DNA from: the human T2T-CHM13v2.0 reference genome, Homo sapiens
Length of the DNA: 64,000 nucleotides
Assembly (NCBI RefSeq): GCF_009914755.1
Contig: NC_060934.1
Reading direction: 5' to 3' (one strand)
Part shown: positions 49,612-64,000 of the stretch, one piece after another
How positions within the stretch are numbered: position 1 is the first letter of the stretch
How the letters are laid out: every line of letters begins with the position of its first letter
Notes under the pieces: model-generated
The model's database searches: none
Told to the model about the DNA's origin: nothing
Seen by the model: only the letters and a program-made list of their open reading frames with translations
Position numbers and translations under genes: made by a program

Positions 49612-52063
49612 TGGCCCAGTGTGGTGGCTCTCGCCTGTAATCCCAGCACTATGGCAGGCCAAGGTGGCTGGATCTCTTGAGCCCAGCAGTTTGAGACCAG
49701 CCTGGGTAATGTGACAACACCCTGTTTCTACAAAAAACAATTCAAAAATAAGCCAGTTGTGGTGGCATGCACCTGTAGTCCCAGCGACTCAGGAGGCTGA
49801 AGTGGGAGGATCCCTTGAGCCTAGGAGGCGGAGGTTGCAGTGAGTCGCTGCACTCCAGTCTGGGCGATAGAGCCAGACCTTGTCTCAAAAGAAAAAAAAA
49901 AAAACAAGTCTTGGCTGGGCACATGTCTCACGCCTGTAATCTCAGTACTTTGGAGGCAAAGCGGGGAGGATCGCTGGATCACAGGAGTTTGAGGCCAGGC
50001 TGGGCAGCATAGCAAGACCTCATCTCTACAAAAAATAAAAAATTAGGCAGGCACGGTGGTGCACACCTGTTTTCTTTTCCTCCATAGCACTTATCTCCTA
50101 ATATTCGATATAACTTATTTGTTTTGTTAATTTGTCTCTCCTACCAGAAGTAAGCATCATGCGGGCACAATTATTTTTCCTGTTGTTTTTTTGTTTGTTT
50201 GTTTTTCATCGCTGTGCCCTTAGCACTTAGAACAGTGTCTGGCACACACTGAGCACCTAAGTACTCAATAAATATTTGTTGAATGAATGAACTCTGCAGG
50301 GAAAAGCAGGTACGAAATTGATGGAGACAAGGGTGGGAGCAAGATGGCTTAATGAATATCATTTTACATCACTTTGATTTTGAACTATGTGACTGTAGTA
50401 CCTATATATTTTTAAATTAAATGAAGAAAACCACAGATGGAATGTAAAATTTTTATCTGTATTGAAACAGTATTTTTGCTACTGGGGTTAATAAAATCAC
50501 TCTGCCTTGACTTCCATCTGGAATCTTGTTGTACTGCTGTACTGAAAACAGGCTCAATTTTAGATTGGAGGAGTTGGAGGAGAGGAAGGGTAGGAAGAGA
50601 AATATATTTTGTCTTCTAGCAAATATGTTAGAGACACAGAAATGATTAAAATGTGGTCCCTGGCTTCCAGGAGCACAATGTCTAGTAGTTGGGTCAATCA
50701 ATATTTAACATTTGATATAATACTAATGTACTCAGAATATCATTCACACTTATTCATAAACATACATATGATATTTCAATTTGAGCAATTATAAACATTG
50801 CAAGTTTTTCTATTTATTATTTATTGCTGCATAAAAAGGCAGCCATGTTCCTTTTTCTCTTCAGTCTAAATTCAGAATAGGAAACCACACGGTAGATAGA
50901 CAGACATTAGAATGTCAGCTTACTACTGATAAAAGCTAGCCTGGAAAATATGGCTCAGGCGGAAGATAAAGAGGCACGGTGATGTGTTACATGCAAATGA
51001 ATATCAATCATCTGTTGAGTAAAATAAAAACTCTACTAACAGTTATGCAAAGATTCAGAGAATATATCACCTATCTACCCAGTTTGGGCAAAACACTTAA
51101 GAAAGTAATCAAGACAGGGACTTGAAGATGGAACCATGAAAAAAGGATGGTGGTAAGCAGAGAAATGTCTCCAAATGGGGGATGGGGGAGTGTCAAATGC
51201 AAAGACACTTTAAACAGAAGAGATACACTTCAAGGGAAAAACTAATAATCTAAAGTTCAAAATATTAAACTATCTTAGCAAAATCTAGCAGCTACGTAAC
51301 TAGATGCAAAACATAAAAACATTCTAAAGGTCTCATCTTATTGGGATGAAGGGGAAAGCAACAGACAAATAGAATCTTAGTGAGGGAAAATAGCTAAAAA
51401 CTTGTTTTCCCATGAAAGTGGCAAAAAAAAGAAGATAACTGTGAGTGGAATTGTAGAAGTGTTTTTCAGTCAAGTTTCCAAATCAAAATGGGGGATAAGC
51501 AGAATGAGAAGTGGGTGCATGCAAAAAAGCGACCAACCAGGAGAGGTAACCTTGATTATGACAGCCCACTCTCATGATAACTAATCCATTCCCATGAGAA
51601 CTAACCCTGAAAGAGATTAATCCATTTTAATGACCTAACCACCTCTTAAACCACCTCCCAGCACTACCACATTAGGAACCAAGACTAAACATGAATTTTG
51701 GAAGGGCCAATCCATATTCAAAGCATAGTACTCCATATCTTTATCTTTTCACAGTTTGATAGCTCATTTTTTTTTCTTTTTTTGAGACAGTGTCTCCTTC
51801 TGATGTCCAGGCTGGAGTACAGTGACACAATCTCACCTCATGACAAACTTCACCTCCTGGGTTCAAGCGATTCTCTGGCCTCATCCTCTCCAGTAGCTGG
51901 GATTACATGTGCCCTACCATTTCTGCCTAACTTATGTGTTTTTAGTAGAGATAGGGTTTCATCATGTTGCCCAGGCTGGTCATGAACCCTAGGCGCAAGC
52001 AATCCACCTGCTCCGGCCTCCCAAAGTGCTGGGATTACAGGCATGAGCCACTGCACACAGCCC
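49612..52063. mobile_element. Alus at 49612-49903(+), 49913-50069(+, truncated), 51765-52063(-)
   Basis: Alu motifs. Confidence 0.9.
50072..51500 (+). repeat. Duplicated ~1.4 kb block, copy 2, starting at a truncated Alu
   Basis: Colinear with 25035-26435; the left edge directly follows Alu ...GCACACCTGT. Confidence 0.93.
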
Positions 52064-52064
52064 A

Positions 52065-53615
52065 TTTCTTCTTATCACTGAATAATATTCCATTGTCTGA
52101 ATGTACCACAGTTCATTTATTCATTCACCTAGCGAAGGACATCTTGGTTGCCACCAAATGTTGGCAATTATGGAAAATGCAGCTAGAAACATGTGTGCAG
52201 AGATTTGTGTAAATATCAGTTTTCAACTCATTTTGGCAAACAGGAGTGCAATTGCAGGATCATATGTTAAAGTGTGTTTAATTTTGCAAGAAACTGCCAA
52301 ACCGCCTTCTTAAGTGGCTGCTCCATTTTGCTCTCCCTCCAACAATAAATGAGTGTTCTTATTGTTCCACATCCTTGTCAGCATTTGGTATTGCCAGTGT
52401 TTTGAATTTTAGCCATTCTAATAGGTATGTAGTGGTATCATTTTTAATTTGCTATTCCCTAATGACATATGATGTTGGGCATTTTTTTCATATGCTTATT
52501 AGCCACCTGTATCTTTTTTGGTGAAGTGTCCATTCAGATCTTTTGTCAATTGTTTAATTGGACTGTTCATTTTCTTATTGTTAGGTTTTAAGGGTTTGTA
52601 TATTTTGGATAACAGTATTTTATCAGATATGTCTTTTGCAACTGTTTTTCCCCATCTGTGGCTTGTCCTTTCATTCTCTTGATTGTGTACTTCACAAGAG
52701 TTTTAATTTGAAGGAAGTCCAGCTTATCAATTATTTATTTCATAGATGATGCCTTTGGTGGTGTTGTATCTAAAAATTCACTGCCATACCCAAGGTCATC
52801 TAGATTTTCTTCTCTGTTATCTTCTAGAAGTTTTATGGTTTACTTAGGTCTCTGATCCATTTTAAGTTAAAATTTTTTGAATGATGTAAGATCTGTGTCT
52901 AGGTTCTTTGTTTTCGTTTTTCCATGTAGATATCCACTTGTGCCAGCACTATCTGTTGAAAAGACTATCTTTTCTTTATTACCTTTGCCCCTTTGACAAA
53001 TATTTGTATAGGTCTATTTTGGGGCTTTCTATTCTGTTCCACTGATTTATTTGTCTATTCTTTGCCAATACCACACTGTCTGGATTGCCGTAGATTTCTC
53101 GTAAATCTTAAAATTGGGTAGTGTTAGTCCCTGAATTTCTCCTTTTCTAATATTGTGTTAGCTATCCTTGTTTCCTTTTTTTTTTTTTTTGGCATCTCCA
53201 TATAAACTTTGGATTCAATTTGTCAATATCCACAAGACAAAATGTTGAGATTTTGATAGGGATTGCATGGAATCTGCAGAGCAAGTTGGGAAGAACTGAC
53301 ATTTCGCAAATGCTAGGCCTTCCTATCCGTGAACATGGAATATTTCTCTATTTATTTAGTCCTTCTCTGATTTCTTTAATCAAAATTTTGTAGGTTTCCT
53401 TTTAGATCTTTTATATATTTTGTTAGATTTATGCTTGAGTATTCCATTTGCAGGGAGGGATGTGAACACAAATGGTATCTTTTTAACTTCAGCTTCCAAT
53501 TGCTCATCGCTGGTGTGTAAAAGAGCAATTGCAATTGACTTTTCTATATTAACCCTGTATGCTACATCCTTGCTGTAACTGCTTATTAGTTCCAGGAGTT
53601 TTTTGGTCAGTTGTC
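52065..53615 (-). mobile_element. Old L1M 3' ORF2/UTR fragment
   Basis: Antisense L1 signature phrases (TTGTTCCACATCCTTGTCAGCATTTGG, GTTGAAAAGACTATC). Confidence 0.85.
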
Positions 53616-55917
53616 TTGGTGGCCTCCTGAAGAGTCCCCCTCTAAACCCAGGGTTAAGCATTTGCATTATTTTCCTCTCCATACGTAGGACTATCAAAGG
53701 CAAGGTGGGGAGAGTGCAAGGCAACAGCTCCCTGCAGTCTTCTCCACTTTAGATCATTTCATATTGTTAAGGTAAATGAGGGGAATTAACAGCTGTGGAG
53801 CAGGTTCTCAAGTATTTGCTATGAAAACCTACGTATGGTGATTTGGATTTTCACAGCTATTATATCCTGGCGGTCTTTGATGAAAGTTTAATTTTAACCT
53901 ATTGTTCAATCAGTATCAGTTTTATTGGAAAAACTCATAGGAGAAAAAACAAATAATTATTTCAATAAATGTCAAAAAGGCTCTTGATGAAATTCAACAC
54001 CACTCCTTGTTAACAGAATTTAAAACTTCATAAGACGCTAGCATCTGAGGAAGATGTTTTTATACTGATGAAAGGTGTCTGAAACCTACAGCAAAGGACA
54101 TATTCAATAATAAAGCATGAACAGAGGTGTCATTTGCATTCAGAGTACCCAGGATTTGTTTGAATCAGTAATGGTAAGACACACGAACACAGAAATGACT
54201 GTCATGAGGGAAGCAGTTTATTTTACTACTCACAGTTCCCTAGAAGCTGTAGGCACAGCACACCACAAGGGGCAGGATAGGGGAACATCAAGGTCAGTCA
54301 GGAGGCAGCGGGAACCGGGTAAAACATGGGAAAGAATCTTTATTGCAGTTCTCTGTGAAGGAACAAGCAAGTCAGGGCAATCAGGCTTAGCATTGGCTAG
54401 TTTGAATAATGTCATTGTCTGCTGGAAAGAAGAGGCTGCTATCTGGCCCTGATGAAATTAGGGAAGCAGAATAGTAGCCAGAAATGTGAGAGTGATGAGC
54501 AAGATTAAAGACTGCAAAAGATACAAACAGAGATAAAGAAGAATAAGGAGTGAGGAAGAGATGAGAAAGAAGGGGGTATAAACTCTGGGTTGGTTGGATT
54601 ATATAGGAAAGGCATACGTGCAGGCAAGTTGTTTATTACATCCAGCAATTAGCTTATCCTGAGAGGGTCAGTCCCTCCAGGGTCAACAAGGCCCAGATGT
54701 CAAAGCATCAAATTCAGAAAATAAGAGACATGATTAATACACCGTTAAAGTCAGTATTATAATTAATATTATTCAACATTATCCTGGAGTCTCTAGCCAA
54801 TGCACACAACAGCAAAACCGCTAACATAAACAAATATCTGAATGGAAAAGACAGACTTTTAAATTCTCAGATGATGTATCTACTTAAAATTTAAAAACCA
54901 AGTCAAGCAATCCATTAAAAGCTATTAAGTAGAGAAACTAAAAACTGTCCTGTGTACTATATATCAGTGAAGCTCATTTGTAAAATGTAGTATAAAGGGT
55001 GATTCAGAAGAGCAACAAGAACTAAAATATTTTTAGAATTGATGGACAATTTTAAAGTCTATATGAGGAAAATTGTAAATGTTTATTGCAGATATAAAAG
55101 AAAACATCAGGAAAAAAGAGGTGCAGGTCATCACTGCTCCACCTAGTTCCAATAACCATGATTTAATTAAATAACGTGAGTTCCCCAACATGGTTCCAAA
55201 TTCAGTTACCATGGTATTTTAACTGTGAGTAATTTTGTAAAGTACAAACTTTGTGTGAGCTCTTCAGTCCACAAATCACAACATAAATAACAGATGCAAT
55301 CATGATCAGTGACCCATCATCTCTTTCAAAGTATGAGGTTGCCAATCGCTGCATATTTGTTACTGAGTTTATAAAGAGAGCAAAGCATGTCACTGTCTTG
55401 CCTCCTTGTCTCCTAGTGAGAAGCCCACATGACATTTTACAAAAATGAATAATCAAAAGAGGGAAGTGGTCAAAAAACATGAAACTGCAAAAAAAGAAAA
55501 AAAAGAAAGAAAGAAAAGGGATAACACAAAGTGAAATTCAAGTAGAACATAAATGTAGTTATAGAAGAAATAGTGGCCACTAACTGAGGCAGATGTTTGC
55601 TTGGTATTTCAATTAGTTTTGACAAATAAATCAATTCTGAATCTGACTGAAGCTCTATATTTACAGAAATACAGGGAGCACAGACACGTGTTGTGTTAGG
55701 TTGTTTTTCTGTTGCTATAAAGAAATACCTGAAGCTGGGTAATTTATAAAGAAAAAAGGTTTAATTGGCTCGCAGGTCTGCAGGCTTAACAGGAAGCATG
55801 GTGCTGGCACCTGCTCAGCTTCTGGGGAGGTCTCAGGAGGCTTCCATTCATGGCAGAAGGCAAAGTGGGAGCAGGCTTCTCATATGGAGAGACTGGAACT
55901 AGAGAGCAAGCGGGGGA

Positions 55918-59706
<3,789 letters not shown>

Positions 59707-60861
59707 GAAACAACAGATCTCCTGAGAACTCACTCACTATCAGTGGGACAGCACCAAGTTATGAGGGATCTGTCCCCATGACCCAAACATCTCCCACAAG
59801 GCCCCACCTCCAACACAGGGGATTATATCTCAACATGAGTATATTAGTATGCTTTCACACTGCTATAAAGAAACTACCTGAGACTGGGTAATTTATAAAG
59901 GAAGTTTTAATTGACTCACAGTTATGCATGGCTGCGGAGGCCTCAGGAAACTTATAATCATCATAGAGGATGAAGGAAAAGCAAGGCACATCTTACATGG
60001 CAGCAGGAGAGAGACAGAACAAAGAGGAAATGCCTGACACTTATTAAACTACCATATGTCAGGAGAACTCTCTCACTATCACAAGAACAGCATGGGGGAA
60101 CAGCCCCCATGATCTAATCACCTCCCCCCAAGTCCCTCCGTCCACACATGGGGGTCATAATTCAAGATGAGATCTGGGTGGGGACATAGAGCCAAACCAT
60201 ATCAATGAGATTTGGAGGGAACATCCAAACTATATCACAGGTTCAATAAATAATACCATAGAATGCAATCAGAAAAGTGCAGAATGTTGAAATACCACAG
60301 GATAAATAATCTGGTTTCTTCAATCAAAACTAAAGGAACCAATAGAGTGCAAGTGAAAGAAGATGTAGGGATACATGGAAGTGATATACTCAAACATATC
60401 AAAGGAAACTTAAGACATATTATCATCTAATTTTAATGTATACTGCTTATTCGGATCCCAATTAAAATAACTATAAGAGGCTGGGCACAGTGACTCATGT
60501 CTGTAATCCCAGCACTTTGGGAGGTCGAGGTGGGTGGATCACGAGGTCAGGAGTTCAAGACCAGCCTGGCCAAGATGGTGAAACCCTATCTTTACTAAAA
60601 ATACAAAAATTAGCTGGGCATGGTGGAGGGCGCCTGTGATCCCAGCTACTTGGGAGGTTGAGGCAAAGATTTACTTGAACCCAGAAGGCGGAAATTGCAG
60701 TAAGCCAAAATTGCGCCACTGAACTCCAGCCTGGGCGACAGAGTGAGATACCATATCAAAAGTTAAATAAATAATAAATATATAAGATAATGATGATGAT
60801 AATAATTTATAAGACAATAGGAAAACCTTGAAAACTGACTGAATATTTGATTTGATACATT

Positions 60862-61737
60862 AAGAGTTATTGCTCTTCTAACTGCTGTGAGATGGTATCT
60901 CACTGTGGTTTTGATTTGCATTTCTATGATGGCCAGTGATGATGAGCATTTTTTCATGTGTCTTTTGGCTGCATAAATGTCTTCTTTTCAGAAGTGTCTG
61001 TTCATATCCTTTGCCCACTTGTTGATGGGGTTGTTTTAAAAAGTCAGGAAACAACAGGTGCTGGAGAGGATGTGGAGAAATAGGAACACTTTCACACTGA
61101 TGGTGGGACTGTAAACTAGTTCAACCATTGTGGAAGACAGTGTGGTGATTCCTCAGGGATCTAGAACTAGAAATACCATTTGACCCAGCCATCCCATTAC
61201 TGGGTATATACCCAAAGGATTATAAATCATGCTGCTACAAAGACACATGCATATGTATGTTTATTGTGGCACTATTCACAATAGCAAAGACTTGGAACCA
61301 ACCCAAATGTCCATCAGTGATAGACTGGATTAAGAAAATGTGGCACATATACACCATGGAATACTATGCAGCCATAAAAAAGGATGAGTTCATGTCTTTT
61401 GTAGGGACATGGATGAAGCTGGAAACCATCATTCTCAGCAAACTATCACAAGGACAAAAAGCCAAACACCGCATGTTCTCACTCATAGGTGGGAATTGAA
61501 CAATGAGAACACATGGACGCAGGAAGGGGAACATCACACTCTGGGGACTGTTGTGGGGTGGGGGGAGGGGGAGGGATAGCATTAGGAGATATATGTAATG
61601 TTAAATGATGAGTTAATGAGTGCAGCACACTAACGTGGCACATGTATACATATGTAACAAACCTTCATGTTGTGCACATGTACCCTAAAACTTAAAAGTA
61701 TAATAAAAATAAAAAATAAAAAAAAAAGTTATTTCTC
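60862..61737 (+). mobile_element. 5'-inverted truncated L1PA
   Basis: Absent from copy A (about 3430-3445). TSD AAGAGTTATTGCTC / AAAAGTTATTTCTC; inverted part 60876-61036; ORF2 C-terminus, 3' UTR and poly-A follow. Confidence 0.92.
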
Positions 61738-62132
61738 ATTTGTCTCAAGCTCATATGTCACAGACTATTTGTGTTTTAAGTCATTAACATTTCAAGATGC
61801 GTACAGAAATATTTGTAGAGGAAATGAAACAATGTCTCCATTGTCCGAAAAAATGAGGACATGTATATTATACCTCAATTAAGGCAATAATGAGGAATAT
61901 TGAGGAAGTGTATGGAGGTGTAGGTGAAGCAAAATTGGTAATGTATTGATCATTAGTAACCTGATTAAATGGTAAATTAGGTTCATTAAACTATTACAAT
62001 TTTCTCTACCTTAGTAATTGTTTGAAAATTCTATAATAGAAAAAAACCTCTAAGAGCATAATAAAACTAAATACCCACTGATATGCCCCAAAGTGCTGAG
62101 TTTACAGTAAATACTAGATCAGTATTTAATAA

Positions 62133-62456
<324 letters not shown>

Positions 62457-62716
62457 TAATCATTGAGAATAATTCATGTGCTTTATCAAAAACACCTTAT
62501 TATTCCATTAAACTTACTGAGTAGAACAAAAATGATCATAAAGATGTTTCAAAGAATATGTTCCAATTTAACTGGCTAAAAAAATTTGTGTATATATTCG
62601 TTATTACCAAATGTGGGATTGGCATCAAAATGTGGATGATCAAAAATAATTTCTTAAACAGATTATTCTGTGTTGTGTGTAATGATAGAAGAATTCCTTC
62701 ATTTATTTTTCCCGAA

Positions 62717-62838
62717 TTAAGATGAGCAACCAAGTCTGAGATCTTTAGCCCAGGAAGGAGTAGGTGAGGCATAGCCTGCTTTCTTGGCTGTCGAATGCTT
62801 CTCAAAAGGATGCTGAAGAACTTGCTGGTAAGATGCAC
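62717..62838 (-). pseudogene. SelO-like terminal coding exon, duplicated copy B (ends WAKDLRLGCSS*)
   Basis: Paralogue of 4469-4582 inside the segmental duplication; 1-nt deletion near the 5' end; intact TGC TCA TCT TAA. Confidence 0.88.
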
Positions 62839-64000
62839 CTGGTAAGCAATGTGGGCAGATAAATATAGCTTATAATTACTCAGGACCCTGATGACTTTCT
62901 ACATTTCTAAATGGCAAGGTCAATTTTAAATGTTTAAAAATATTTATACTTTGGGAAGCAGAGGCAGGCAGATCACTGGAGGTCAGGAGTTGGAGACCAG
63001 CCTGACCAACATTGCGAAACCTTGTCTTTATTAAAAACACAAAAATTAGCCGGGCATGGCGGCATCTGCCTGTACTCCCAGCTACTTGGGAGTTTGATGC
63101 AGGAGAATGGCTTGAAACTGAATGTGGAGGATGCAGCGAGCCGAGATCACCACACTATACTCCAGCCTGGGCAACAAAGCTAGATTGTCTCAAATCGAAC
63201 AAACAACAATAAAAGTTCATACATTTTCTTTTATGAAAAATCTCAACTCTAGTTGTTACTTAGAATTGCTATTATTCCACAGAAATTCCTTAAGTACTAT
63301 TTTTGTACTAAACTAAGAGAAGGAATATGTACACTGTCATGGAGAGTACAAATATATCCCCATCATTTTAAGATCCCTTTACAGCATGAAGAGAATTCTA
63401 ATTTTCTAAAATATTTAGCAAAAAAAAGAATGTCAGTGATTTGCAATCTTTCCAAATGAAGGGCATGAATTCCAGCTCATGCTGCTTCCTCACTGGGAAT
63501 TTGGCTGTATAGTAATGAACTGAGGCATCAATGACACACTTCTTTCAACAATAAATCTGAGAACTGAAATGTTTATTTTCCGTGATTTTGCTATTTCTTG
63601 GGGCTTATGAAGGAAACGCTTAGTCAGAATAGAGAGGGTGGATGACAATACCATGAAATTAAAGGTGAGAGGTGAAGTAGAACATTTTATTGTATCACTA
63701 GTATTTTAAATATAAAGATTGCATCTTCATGAATACGGGGCTTTTGGAGCCCATCTTAGCACTTCTCCCCAGGTACGTTCAATACATATCATTTTATTGA
63801 AGTTGCTTGTATACCTATCAGTCTCACCTACTAGGTAAACGGCTCCTCTAGTTGATTCTTACATTTCTCTACTGCATCTTGCCTTGAGTCGATTCTAAAG
63901 ACATGTTTGATGAAAGAAGTTAAATACCAGTCACACGTGAAAAGGGCTGCATCTAGAAAGCTGCTCTATCAACGAAATCATTAAAAAATATGATGTACTC

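Overview
Primate (Alu/L1PA-rich, probably human or great ape) genomic DNA with no intact protein-coding gene. I recognise it from memory, not from a search, as the interval between APBB1IP and PDSS1 (human 10p12.1; SELENOOLP / FAM238 region). (1) On the minus strand is a multi-exon pseudogene of a SelO/YdiU-family AMP-transferase (selenoprotein O-like). It can be rebuilt exon by exon from a CpG island at about 49 kb: PLAH*YGGHQ, FGIWADQLTDGR, WELQLKGSGRTPYSR, SWFRVGSLE, GVFNTDN, HYGPF, GNQANIGMFN, and a terminal exon ending ...WAKDLRLSC / GCSS*. (2) Its 3' part is interrupted by a five-unit tandem array with about 1.8-2.6 kb spacing (GC-rich promoter-like cores, a CAGTTGG minisatellite, MIR-derived splice donors) and by a duplicated copy of the last two APBB1IP (RIAM) exons. 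(3) Positions 1-5.75 kb recur as a direct segmental duplication at 53.7-64 kb. That second copy gained two 5'-inverted L1s, one carrying a ~2.4 kb 3' transduction. The rest is Alu, L1, LTR and Tigger repeats.
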